A DNA stretch of 64,000 nt from the human T2T-CHM13v2.0 reference genome, Homo sapiens, in NCBI RefSeq assembly GCF_009914755.1, contig NC_060939.1; one strand, written 5' to 3'. The stretch's first letter is position 1. Each line of letters opens with the position of its first letter. The translations under genes were made by a program, and so were the position numbers. Below, piece after piece: positions 16,656-29,800 of this stretch. The notes beneath the pieces were generated by a model that saw nothing but the letters and a program-made list of their open reading frames with translations, ran no database searches and was not told where the DNA came from.

Positions 16656-17680
16656 TTACAATTTGGCATGTTTTTGCAGTGGCTGGAACTGATTGTTCCT
16701 TTCCATGTTTAGTGCTTCCTTCAGGAGCTCTTGTAAGGCAGGCCTGGTGGTGACAAAATCTCTCAGCATTTACTTGTCTGTAAAGGATTTTATTTCTCCT
16801 TCACTTATGAAGCTTAGTTTGGCCGGATATGAAATTCTGGGTTGAAAATTCTTTTCTTTAAGAATGTTGAATATTGGCCTCCACTCTCTTCTGGCTTGTA
16901 GAGTTTCTGCCAGGAGATCCGCTGTTAGTCTGATGGGCTTCCCTTTGTGGGTAACTTGACCTTTCTCTCTGGCTGCCCTTAACATTTTTTCCTTCATTTT
17001 AACCTTGGCGAACCTGACAATTATGTGTCTTGGGGTTGCTCTTCTCGAGGAGTATCTTTGTGGTGTTCTCTGTATTTCCTGAATTTGAATGTTGGCCTCC
17101 CTTGCTAGGTTGGGGAAATTCTCCTGGATAATATCCTGAAGAGTGTTTTCCAACTTGGTTTCATTCTCCCTGTCACTTTCAGGTACACCAATCAAATGTA
17201 TATTTGGTCTTTCCCATAGTCCCATATTTCTTGGAGGCTTTGTTCGTCGCTTTTTACTCTTTTTTCTCTAAACTTCTCCTCTTGCTTTAGTTCATTAATT
17301 TGATCTTTAATCACTGATACCCTTTCTTCCACTTGATCTAATCAGCTATTGAAGCTTGAGCTTGTGTCACGTAGTTCTTGTGCCATGGTTTTCAGCTCCA
17401 TCAGGTCATTTGAGGTTTTCTCTACACTGTTTATTTTAGTTAGCCATTCGTCTAATCTTTTTTCAAGGTTTTTAGCTTCCTTGAGATGGGTTCGAACATC
17501 CTCCTTTAGCTCAGGGAAGTTTGTTATTACTGACCTTCTGAAGCCTGCTTCTGTGAGCTCCTCAGTGTCATTCTCCGTCCAGGTTTGTTCCGTTGTTGGT
17601 GAGGAGCTGCAATCCTTTGAAGGAGAAAAGGCACTCTGGTTTTTAGAATTTTCAGCTTTTCTGCTCTGGTTTCTCCCCTT
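16656..17680 (-). pseudogene. L1 ORF1p remnant (start codon mutated ATG to AAG, fragmented)
   Basis: ORF 16770-17225 (RPNIHLIGVPESD...FQPRISYPAKLSF) is the ORF1p RRM/CTD region. The plus strand reads CTT at 17678-80 where the consensus has CAT. Confidence 0.9.
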
Positions 17681-17689
17681 CTTTGTGGT

Positions 17690-18717
17690 TTTATCTACCT
17701 TTGGTCTTTGATGCTGGTGACCTACAGATAGGGTTTTGGTGTGGATGTCCTTTTGTTGATGTTGATGCTATTCCTTTCTGTTTGTTAGTTTTCCTTCTAA
17801 GAGTCAGGTCCCTAAGCTTCAGGTCTGTTGGAGTTTGCTGGAGGTCCACTCCAGACCCTGTTTGTCTGGGTATCACCAGCGGAGGCTGCAGAACAGCAAA
17901 TATTGCATTACAGCAAATATTGCTGCCTGTTCCTTCCTCTGGAAACTTTGTCCCATAGGGGCACCCACCTATATGAGGTGTCAGTTGGCCCCTACTGGGA
18001 GGTGTCTCCCAGTTAGGCTACACAGGGGTCAGGGATCCACTTGAGGAGGCAGTTTGTCCATTCTCAGAGCTCAAACACTGTTCTGGAAGAACCACCGCTC
18101 TCTTCAGAGCTGTCAGACAGGGACATTTAAGTCTGCAGAAGTTTTTGCTGCCTTTTGTTCAGCTACGCCCTGCCCCCAGAGCTGGGGTCTACAGAGGCAG
18201 CAGGCCTTGCAGCGCTGCGGTGAGCTCCACCCAGTTCAAGCTTCCCCAGCCACTTTGTTTACCCACTCAAGCCTCAGCAATGGCGAATGCCCCTCCTCCT
18301 GCAAGGCTGCTACCTCGCAGGTCGATCTCAGACTGCTGTGCTAGCAGTGAGCAAGGATCTGTGGGTATGGGACTTGCCGAGCCAGGCATGGGATATAATC
18401 TCCTGGTGTGCCATTTGCTAAGAACATTGGAAAAGCACAGTATTTTGGTGGGAGCGTCCGAATTTTCCAGGTACAGGGCATCACGGCTTCCCTTTGCTAG
18501 GAAAGGGAAATCCCCTGACCCCTTGCACTTCCTGGGTGAGGAGATGCCTCACCCTGCTTCAGTTCACCCTCCATGGGCTATACCCACTGTCCCACCAGTC
18601 CCAATGAGATGAACCAGGCACCTCAGTTGGAAATGCAGAAATCACCGTCTTCTGTGTTGTTCACGCTGGGAACTGCAGACTAGAGCTGTTCCTATTCGGC
18701 CATCTTGGAACAGAATC
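17690..18717. promoter_or_regulatory. L1 5'UTR: sense promoter (minus strand) and antisense promoter (plus strand, pointing into downstream AGBL1 exons)
   Basis: Intact 5'UTR including the YY1-type motif GGCCATCTT (18698-18706). Promoter activity is inferred from known L1 biology. Confidence 0.6.
18280..18612 (+). CDS. L1 ORF0 homologue (antisense 5'UTR ORF), open for 110 aa: MANAPPPARLLPRRSISDCCASSEQGSVGMGLAEPGMGYNLLV...
   Basis: ATG at 18280 in gcaATGG context. Clear similarity to recalled L1HS ORF0 (MAGAPPPASLPPCSLISDCCASNQRDSVGVGPSEPG...FSR). Translation is not demonstrated. Confidence 0.6.
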   Translation: MANAPPPARLLPRRSISDCCASSEQGSVGMGLAEPGMGYNLLVCHLLRTLEKHSILVGASEFSRYRASRLPFARKGKSPDPLHFLGEEMPHPASVHPPWAIPTVPPVPMR

Positions 18718-19351
18718 CTGTTGAGTTTTAAGAGTTGTCTCCTGGAATTCTTGTTTATTTTCTCTTTAAAAAAAGGCTTGTCTTTGTAGTACACCTTCTA
18801 TGTGGTTTCTAGAAGTAGTGTGGAGTTAACATTGAGGTATATTTAAGTTTAGCAGACAACTGTTGCAATCTATTCAATGATTAGTTTATTTACTCACCAA
18901 ACATATATTTATAAATTACTGTATAGCAGGTGCTATGATAAGTGCTGAGATTTTAAAGATTATATTTGCTGTCCTCAAAGAGCTTCTAGACTAATGTGAA
19001 GTCAGATACATAAATACGCAATTTCCATGTTACCGTAAACAATGTTATAATAAAGAAAATTAGAAAGTGTGATGAGAACTCAGAGAAGGAAGAACTTTAT
19101 GGAGTCTGGAACTCAGGAAGCGGGGGAGCTGGAATTGAGCTGGATGATATAAGGTGAGTAGATAGGGGAGGAAAAGTTTGCTAGCTGGGAAAGGGCCAAA
19201 GGGGAAAAGGCTTTCTAAAGAATGAGAGAAATTCCCTTTCAACCTTGGGGTGAAATGCAAGAACATGTGTGTTAATGAGAATTTCAGGTAGTTCAGCATG
19301 CCTGGAGTTCTCTGAGAGATTATAGCCCATGTTGAACTTCATTGGTACTAA

Positions 19352-19717
<366 letters not shown>

Positions 19718-20115
19718 TGAGTTTTAATGACGATCTTAATTTCTAAACACTACAAGGATTCTGGGAATCATAAATCCTGTCAATCAAGGAGTGATCACCA
19801 AATCATTGCAAGGCTTTGTGATATGTACAAAAATGAATAACTGCCCTTACTCTCTGGAACCGCAGACCTTAGTTAGGAAAGAGTTCCTCAAAACTAAAAG
19901 ATCTCTTTTTTTAGGTGATAGTCCTTAGTTTTATTTAGGAAAGAAGAATGTTTATGAAATCTTTTCTTGGAGTTCCGCAAATCATGGAACTACTGGGAGG
20001 CATCCTGGAGGATCTTGAGTATTTGACCTGAAATAAAAATGGCTTAGCAGTACTCCCTTCACTTCTTACTAAGGAAGTCCCTTGGTCAGATCTACTGAGC
20101 ACCCACTGCCTCAGT

Positions 20116-20309
20116 CAGTGTTTCACAAGTGAGATTCCTAGACCATAGCATTAGCAACACCTGGGAGGTTGTTGGAAGTGCAGTTTCTCAGGTCCCACCC
20201 TAGACCTCCTGTGTCAGGAACTTCGGGGCTGGAGCTTAAAACTCTGTGTTTTAACAAGCCCTTCCAAGGAGTCTGAGGCACAGTGCATGCTCAAGTTTGA
20301 AAATCACTG
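20116..20309. mobile_element. MER5A (hAT-Charlie MITE)
   Basis: CAGTG...CACTG termini and characteristic internal motifs. Confidence 0.8.
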
Positions 20310-20469
20310 GTCTCAGTGATCGCTGGTGAACTTTTCTGTTGCTATTCTATGTCCTGCCAAGTGAGGGAGCACTTTGTAGGTCTTTGCCACACTGTACCCC
20401 TCTTTCCCACAGACCCAAGCAACTTTTAAAAAGAGGGATGACTAGTTAGTCATCAAATACAAGAATAAC

Positions 20470-20770
20470 TCTTTTTGTTATTTTTTTATTATAAAAGATA
20501 CGTAACCTAAAATTTGCCGTTTAAACCCTTTTAAAGTGTACAATTCAGTCATTAATTATACTCACAATATTGTAGAACCATTTCCACTATCTACTGTCAA
20601 AACTTTGTTGTTACCCCCTAAATTCTGTCTGTAATCATTAAGCAATAACTTCCCACTCCCCTTCCCCTCAACCCCTGGTAACCACTGATCTACTTTCTGT
20701 CTCTATTTCTCATCATTTTATGGGTATCTCATGTAAGTGGAATGAATTGCACAATATTTGTCTTTGTATG
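20470..20770 (-). mobile_element. L1MB-like 3' fragment
   Basis: aaagtgtacaattcag...cccctggtaaccactgatctactttctgtctctat. Confidence 0.75.
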
Positions 20771-21932
20771 AATGACAACGTTTTGAAATGCTAGTTGCAT
20801 TCATGCTGGAAGGTGCTAAGCCTTGGTACCGCATATGGCCATGTTACATCTCAATCAAACAGGACAGATAACAGTCAGGTTTGTCTTCAATGTGCTCTTT
20901 AACTGGAGCAAAATCAGATACATTTTTGTTCATCTATTGAATCAGAAACTGTCTGCTGGGTGCCTGCTCTGTGCTGTGCATTGAGATAGGATATCACATC
21001 TTTTCTTTTGTGCTGCCAGATATTTCAAGAGTGGATTATATCATAGGTACATTTGACTTATAAGAGTTCAACTAAGTGTGTGGTATAGTGAATATTCTAT
21101 TGTAGTCAAATAGCAAACATTCTGTAGAATTCTATTTTGCATATATATGCTTAATTATATTATTTACTCATTATACCTCTCTATATACATATTGCAGTAT
21201 AGGATTATAGTTGTACATCCATGTATAATGGACTTTTGAATTGTTTAAGGAAGTTAAATTATTTTAAGGGTAATGTTTGCCTTAAGTGCTAACTTGAGAG
21301 TCACACCTCTATGTAGAAAGAGACTCTCTTGTTTGTGAGAACTTATTGCAATCCCGGTCTGCTCCTTTCCCCTCAGACATTAGCTTTTTCCTTCCCAGTG
21401 CTGGGGATTCCCAAAAGCTTTTGTCTGAGCCCTTGTTCTGATGCTGTTGCTTGTGAATTTGGAAGTACTTCAAAACCATTTCTCCTTTGCAGAGTCTCTG
21501 CTTATGACAAGCCAGGCAGAATGGGGCCCTCCCAGCCTCGATTGTGGTGCTCTGCTCCTGGTTCTATCTCAGGCAGTAGCCATCCTCTGTCACACTCCCT
21601 GCTGAGTGTTCGTAACCAAACCAGTCTGAGATCTGGGTTTCATTTTCTCTTAAAAAAATTTCCCGTGATTGATGAGGATTCCTGCATCTGTCTTTGACAG
21701 CATCTGGATAGAGTTGTAGGGGAGGAGGTTCTTTGTTTCCAAAGAAAAATGGACGAGCTCCATCCTGGGCACAGGATCTGGTTCCATTTCTGCACCATAT
21801 GTTTATTATGCTTTTTCTTTCCTTTCAGCATGCAGAAGCCATCTCAGTTTCTGTTTCTGTTTTCTCCTCTCTCCCTTGAAAATGGTGGTTAGCAAGATCC
21901 GTGTGTTACCACTTTTCTTGGTCACCTGGCTC

Positions 21933-21947
21933 TGTGTGTGTGTGTGA

Positions 21948-22005
<58 letters not shown>
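21933..22005. repeat. (TG)n microsatellite
   Basis: Read directly from the sequence. Confidence 0.97.
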
Positions 22006-22660
22006 TTTTATGCATCCTGCTAGTCCCTCTCAATTCAGGCAGGAGGCCGGCGCTGTAGCAGATGGTATTCTAAACAACATGTTCAATCCCTTTTAAAGGT
22101 CCTCCTGCTTTATCCACCTGTTATTTGGCTAACTCCTTTGGTTCTTCACTTTCTTTTTCCGCTGCAACAACCCCTTGTCCCACTGCCAACTCTAGTGAGG
22201 CTCTAGGATTAAATTCTAGGGCCACCTTCTTCCTTCTTTCTGAAATCTCTCCAAAAAAGCTCGCTAGTGCCAGTGCTCAATGTGGTGTTGGACAGCAGGT
22301 GTTAAGTACCTGACATTGCAGTGAGACAGATGCCCAGTGAAGTTCCAGATCTGCTGCTTTCTAACATGGCTACTTCAGGCAGGTTAAGTTACCTTTCTTA
22401 GTCTCTTCATCTGTAAAATGGTGATTGTTATGAGAAGTAACTGAGCTAGTATTTTCTCAGCAATCTCACAGCAATCTGTCAAGAAATCCCATCAGTTCTA
22501 AATCTAAAACATATCCACGTGCTTCTTGAGATCACTCCAATTGTACCATGAAGAACAGTTTGAACGGGTCCTAGAGTGGATATGGATGTGTCATTTTGGG
22601 GACTACTGCAATAGTTAGGTGAAAAATGATACTTGTGTGATTTCTATTTATTTCAATCTT

Positions 22661-23410
22661 TAGCAATATTTTTTCAAGTGTTCTCTAGTTCTCAGTATAA
22701 AAGGATGCCTTTTGTTAAATTGATTACCAGGAATTGTACTCTTTTTGCTGCTAAGATTAGTGGGATTTAAACAAAATCATTTCTGAATTTTCATTGCTAA
22801 TGTATAGAGATACAATTGACGTTTGTATGTTAATCTGTTATCATGGCCACCTTGCAAAACTTGTTTATTAGTTTTAATAGTTTTTAGTGACTAAGATTTT
22901 TCTGTACCCAAGATCACGCCATCTGCAAATAGACATAGTTTTATTTCTTATTTTCCAAACTACATGCCATTTATTTATTTATTTATTTATTTATTTATTC
23001 ATTTATGCTTAAGTGCCCTGACTACAATCTCCAGTATAATGTTAAGCAGAGGTAGCAGAATATGTATCTTTATCTTATTTCTGATCTTAGGGGAAAAGCA
23101 TTCAATCTTTCTTCATTAAGTATCATATTAACTGTGGATTTTCTATAGGCCACTTTATCAGTTTGAGGAAGTTTCCTTTGATTCCATCTTATTGAATAAT
23201 TTTGTAAGAAAAATATGATGGATTTTATCAAATACTTTTCCTGCGTGTTTTGAGATGATCAGGTATTTTCAAATTCTTTATTCTGTTATTATGGTGGGTT
23301 ACTACATTGACTGAATTTCAGATGTCAAACCAACCCTGCATTCCTGGACTAAATCCCATTTACTCCTGTGTGTAATCCTTTTTACTTGTTGCTGTGTTTA
23401 GTTTGCTCCA
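22661..23410 (-). mobile_element. Old L1M ORF2 fragment
   Basis: atctgcaaatagacatagtttt, gatcttaggggaaaagcattcaatcttt and ttgaggaagtttcct match old L1 ORF2 in antisense. Confidence 0.75.
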
Positions 23411-24045
23411 CATGGCTTTCTACTGGTCTCTGGCTTCTACTCTTGTCTTCCTAGTCCTTTAAAAAAAATGTAGAGTTGTCAGAGAAGTCTTCTTAAAACA
23501 TGCTAAATCATTGCTCAAAATCCAGTAGAGAATCCTCCACTTACGGTGAAGCCAAAGCCCTTATAGTACCTACCTCATCTCAGTCCTGCTCCACTCCTGT
23601 CATCCTCAACTCTAGCAGCCCTGCCCATCTCACTGTTCCTTGAACAGGTCAGGGCTATTGTCACCTTACAGTGTCTGTACTGGCTGTCCCCTCAGCTCAG
23701 CAGATGCTTCTCCTGATAATTGCATGACAACCACTTCCTCTCCATATTTTTATTTATATGTTGCTTTATCAAAGAAGTCTACTCCAGCCAACCTTTTAAA
23801 TCTTGTAACCCATTCCTCTACAGCTGATCTCTTTACCTTGTTGTTGTTTTTTCTTTTTTTCCCCATGGCATTTATCACATCTAAGAATACTAATTTAGTG
23901 GGCTTTTCAAAAATACTTTTGTCTATTGGCTATTTCTTTCACTTTAATTCCCTCAAACATAAGCTCTTTGGGTGTAAGAGTCTTTGGTTTATCAATTTGT
24001 CTTGACACATAGCAGGTCCTCAGTAAATATTTGTTGAACGAAAGA
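23410..24045 (+). mobile_element. L2 3' portion
   Basis: Ends gacacatagcaggtcctcagtaaatatttgttgaacgaa, a typical L2 3' terminus. Confidence 0.7.
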
Positions 24046-25166
24046 ATAATATAACTAAGGCTCTTAGACCAGTGCCTAGCTTTTGAAAAAGGTTTAGCAA
24101 ACATTTGATGGTTATCTGTGTTCAAATAAGACTAAGTGGTAGGGGTAGAATAGTAGAAAACAAAACATGTTTCCTATTTTCTGGAGCTTGCAGAGTGGAA
24201 GAGGAGACAGAAATTAATAAAACAATCACACAACTGAGTGAATAACTGCAAACTAAATTGTGCAATGAGAAAAGAGGAAAAAAGGATGAATGTACCTAAC
24301 AGAGGACTAGGGGTCAAGGGAGTCTTTCTACAGGAAATGACACCTAAGTTAGGATGTAAAGGATAAAGTATGAGATACAGGTAAAGAAGGGGAGAAAGGC
24401 CCAGGGCATTTTAGGCTGCAGCATTAGCAAGGTCAAAGGACAAGCCATGGGTACATGCTCTAGGTCTTGGAAAAAGAACAGTGGGGCAGAGGTATAGAAA
24501 GCAAGAGAAAGTGGTGTGGGACAAAGCTGGAGAGGGTGGCATCTGCCAGATTCAGTAGGGCCTCCTGGTCCATGTTTCAGATTTGGATTTTTTATCCAGA
24601 GCAAGAGTGGATGTGGGGTAGCAATGTGAGGGTGCTCAAATCTGAGCCTCTGATTGAGAAGACCACTCTAGTTGCAGACTGGAGAACAGCTTGAAGGAGA
24701 TACAGAGTGGATATGGATAGATTAGTTTTGGGGCTATAGCAGTAGTTGGGTGAGAGATATTTGGGTGATTTTAATTTATTTCATTTCTTTTTGCTTAATT
24801 ATATTTTCTAATATACCTAAGGAATAACCTAGGAAGTTAAAATATATGTTCCAACCAAGGACCAATAGCTCTAGAAATTACATTTCTCATTAAAGTACCA
24901 GACCCTCACATGCTTAGGCTAGGGTGACAACAGCAGAGATCAAAAGGAATGGACAACTTAAGAGCTCTCTAGAAGTTACAAAGTGGTGTTTGAGGAAATG
25001 ATGGAGATCTAGGTGGAAAGGGCAGGTGGTGTTAAGGGTGCATGTTCAACTTCTGGGAAGATAGTATTTCCACTCTCTGAAAAGGGGACGTCTGGGGAGG
25101 GTCAAGTCTTGGTGAAGTGAATGTTAGGTTGCTGGTATCTGGATGCTAAACATTGCAAGAAGCTTT

Positions 25167-25777
25167 GGGTGGGGGACAGACTCTCAGGTGGCCCCCTGCC
25201 ATGATCCTCACCTCCTGTTGTTTATACCTTTATGTTATTTCCTGCCTTTGAGGATGGGAAAGAGCTGAAACTTGTTTTTAACCCACAGAATATGGCAAGG
25301 TAAGGACATGTCATCCCTGGTCACCCCTGTGATTATATTACATAATTGTGTTATAAGAGGTCATTGCATATGTACTCTCTATAGAAACTTTCCTCATTGA
25401 TGAAGTAAGCAGTAATGTTGGGGAAACCCCCATTGCAAAGAACAGTTGGTGGCTTGTAGAAACTGCAGGTAGCCTCTAGAAATGCAGAGTGGTCTTACTG
25501 TCTGTTGATACAGCAAGCCGGCAGTGTCCTTGGCCTTGGCACTGCAAGGAAAGGTATTTTACCAAGAACCTGTTTGAGTTGGGAAACATCCTTCCCCAGT
25601 TGAGCCTCAAGATGAAGACTCAGCCCTGGCTGATGCCTTGATTGCAGCCTTGTCAGACCGTAAGCAGAGGATCCACCTAAGTGGATTCCTGCCCCATATA
25701 AACTGTGAGATAATACATGAATATTGCTTCAAGCTGCTACAATTGTGGTAACATTACACTGCAATTGATAACTAATA
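25167..25777 (+). mobile_element. MLT1 (E/F/G-like) solo LTR
   Basis: gacagactctcaggtggcccc...ttgattgcagccttg...aactgtgagataata...gataactaata. Confidence 0.75.
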
Positions 25778-26022
25778 TGGGTGGCATTGCTATATCTAGG
25801 CCATCTGTGCCACAGAATATCTGACTTCCAAGAGATAGTTTGGTCCTATGTTTCCTCCATGTACCCAGGGATAGGAGCACATTTTTTCTCCAGTGACCTC
25901 TCCTGACTGGTGAATGATGACCCTGCAGGCTCACTGCCTGCAAACACATATACAGAGATAAACCCACTTCCTCACTTGGTACCCATTCCACCTTCCATGA
26001 TCCAAGAATGACATTCAAGTTA

Positions 26023-26096
26023 TTAGGTTGGTCCAAATGTAATTGTGGTTTTTGCCATTACTTTTAATGGCAAAAATTACGTTTGGACCAACCTAA
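26023..26096. mobile_element. MADE1 (Hsmar1-derived MITE), palindromic
   Basis: TTAGGTTGG...CCAACCTAA terminal inverted repeats, TA duplications, central tttttgccattacttttaatggcaaaaa. Confidence 0.93.
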
Positions 26097-26605
26097 TAAT
26101 ATTACATTTCAGGGGCTCTAGTAAGCTTTTTAACGTAATTTAATTTAAATTTTACTTTATCTCACTCTTCACACCATCCCATCAGTTAGATCTTATACCC
26201 ACTTTATAAATGAGAAAGGCTATGAGATTCAGAGAGATCAAGTAAACCCAGAACCCAGAAGCAGAAAAGTGGCTGCTCCAAGCTTCAAACCCAAGCCCTC
26301 TAATTCCTAATTTAGCAACTCAGTCCTGCCACTCAAAGATGCCTGTGACTTGCTTCTCCTTGAGTTCTTTGTCTTTGTCTCCATGACCACCATTGAACAT
26401 CTAAACCCGCTTAAGCTGTACCACACTGTGCTATGTAGAATCTTGAATCAAACAGTGGACTCAAGCTGGACAAGTTGTTTGCCTCATTGGCTCTGTGATG
26501 TATGAATCCTCTGACCTTGCACCAGTCATCTAACCTTTTGATCTCCACAATCCTTATTTGAAAGATAAAAATATTGCACAGAGAGATATTTTAGATTCTT
26601 TCTAG

Positions 26606-26994
<389 letters not shown>

Positions 26995-27653
26995 AATACT
27001 GCCTCTTGCTAGCTGCTGAAACTTGGGAAGATTATTTAACCTTTGTGAACTTCATTATTGCTGTTTGTAAACCAAGACTAATAATTTCACCCTCTAGCAT
27101 TCCCGTGAAGATCAAATGTGATGTATAATGATGTATATAGGACATTTAGCTTGCTGCTTGGCATTTATAGGTGCTCCCTAAATAGGGGTGATAAATATTC
27201 AAGACTCCTCTGTAATGGCTCTTAAAATTTACTTCAACTTGAAGACGTAAATTGAACTGTTGCAATTCTGTTGTGTTTTGCTAAAATCTTAACGAGAGGA
27301 TATTTACAAATTTGCCAATAGTTTAAGCTTAGCTTTTTCTGAAAAGGAGAGTGGACGTGAACTGTGACCTCTAGAATCTTAACTGAGTTATCCTACAGTA
27401 TGAAAATAGATAGGATGTGGGCGGTTCCACTTTGCCTTTGGCTGTTATAACTCTCTTGGAGCAAGATGTTCTGCAAAAATTTCTGAAATGATTCTTTCAT
27501 TGATGTAAACATGGGGACATCCATTTGGAGGACATTCTGGCACTTCTACTTTCTATCTCCCCTGGGCATCCCATAGGGAAGCTCAAACAATGGGGGATGA
27601 TGTTATGAGTTTACACTCTAAGAAAACAGTGCCCTCCCAAGAAGTCCTCTTCA

Positions 27654-27987
<334 letters not shown>

Positions 27988-29649
27988 TCAGTGCAGCTAC
28001 CAGAACCATGGGTGTCAGATGTGCACATCCAGCAGAAGGCAGTCTTGCACTCCAAAGGCACTGACTGTGGGCCCCCAGTTCACGCACTCAATACAATGGG
28101 CTTGGCTCTTGGAGTGGAAGTAACTGAATGCCTTCTTAGTTGTTTAAGTTTTAGCAGCTTAAGCTTTTGCTTTTTGTGGGCTTAGCAGTTGGTTGACAGA
28201 GTAGTTGCCTCGGCTCTGATAGGTTTTACTTCTTTCTTCATGCTTCGCTGTGGGAGCAGACAAGTGGCAGAGCAGCAATGATGAGAGTGGACCAGCGCTG
28301 CAGACATGTAACCACTGAATAAACCAAAAATCAAGAGCCTCTTGGTGACATGCACATGAGCGACTCGATGTCTGGATCCTTGGCACTGCGTATGGGAGAT
28401 GAAGTGCTTTCAGTTTGCTCATTAGTTGATTTCAGATGTTTATTCTTATACAGATCTTATGTGGACACTACATCCAAAACAACATATTTACAAACTTTTT
28501 TTTTTTTAAGGAAAGCACTTATATCACATTCCCAGTAGGTACACAAGTGTATGTTCATGCATTGAAGTGAAAATTTCTTAGATCACTGCTAACCTTTGCT
28601 ACATGAAATGACTCTGATATATTAAATTTCATTTTGATTTCTATTTCATTAAAAACTATAGTTGATACCTATAAAATTGACTTCACAATGCACTATTGGG
28701 TCAAAATTTCCAGTTTGAAAAACAGTGTGCCTAGACAGTCTGGTGAAGTTCAGTTTCCAAACTAATCATCCGCAGGTCTCCTAGTTCCTCAAATGCACAT
28801 CTTCTGACTCCTTTAGGGGTTTCCTATCCTCTAGTGTTGATGTCTTCCTGGGGCAGCCCTCTATTCTGCTCTTGATTGAATTTCCTCTCCGATATCACCT
28901 GCTTGCCTGGCTATGATGATCATTGCTGCTGTAGTGATTCATAAATGTATATTCCTAACTGTGGTTGCGTTCCTGAATTCTGTATGATGTTTCCAGCAGC
29001 ATTCCAAACAGTTTCATGTAGCCTTCTGTTGTACCCTTCATCTTGAACTCAGCACCAAAATCAAAATCATTATTTTGTCTAAACACTGCAACTTCTCTTC
29101 TTAGTCTATTAATGGCTCTCTTATTCCCCTATCTACCTAGCCTAACTATTCCAGGCCATCACTGACTCTTCACTCTCCTTCACCCTCCGCAGCTCACCTT
29201 TCCTCAGCTCTCGTTAATTTTTTGCTCACAACTTCTCTCTCACTTTTCCATTTTGACACCACATCATCTCAATTTAAAAAACCAAATGGCTTCTCATTAC
29301 CTACAGAGTTGAATGTTAACTCTTTAGAATATTGGACTTTGGCCTCAAATCTTATCTCCATCATTGCCCTAAATGTGCCCTTTGCTGCACTAAACATTGA
29401 TCTCCTACTTATGCCCTAGGAAGAAATAAATATTTTCTAGTTTCTCAGGAATAAGCCTCAATTTTTTTGATGAATGTGACACTTATCATGCATTTCCAGC
29501 TATATAATGTCACTGTTTGGATTAATATTTATTTAGGTTAGCATATTATTAGGTACTTTCTAGAGAGTTGTGATCTGGGAGTCACCTTGAATTGCTCTCT
29601 CAACATCGAAAGGGTAACTAAGCCATACTGATACTGTCCCCTAAACCAA

Positions 29650-29800
29650 TTATCCTAAAACTTTCATGTGCATATAAATTATCTGTTAGAATAAAGATTC
29701 TTATTCAGCAGGCCAGGGATGTGGTTTGAGATTCTGCGTTTCTATCTGGCTTTCAGAAAATGTGAGGCTGCTGGTTAGAGACCCACACTTTGAGTAGCAA
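29650..29800. mobile_element. MER5-like fragment
   Basis: gagattctgcgtttct...cacactttgagtagcaag. Confidence 0.65.

Larger units (their letters stand above)
12561..18717 (-). mobile_element. Full-length (~6.15 kb) L1PA, probably L1PA5-L1PA7, antisense to AGBL1
   Basis: 5'UTR start (rev-comp TTCCAAGATGGCCGAATAGG near 18710), ORF1/ORF2 peptide fragments in the ORF track, 3'UTR near 12600-12780. 12-bp TSD CTGTTGAGTTTT at 12549-12560 and 18718-18729, followed by AA (TTTT/AA endonuclease site). Confidence 0.97.

Noticed and set aside
12561-18717. Retrotransposition-competent L1
   Set aside because: The ORF1 ATG is mutated, ORF1 and ORF2 are fragmented by stops and frameshifts, and the poly(A) tail is degraded.
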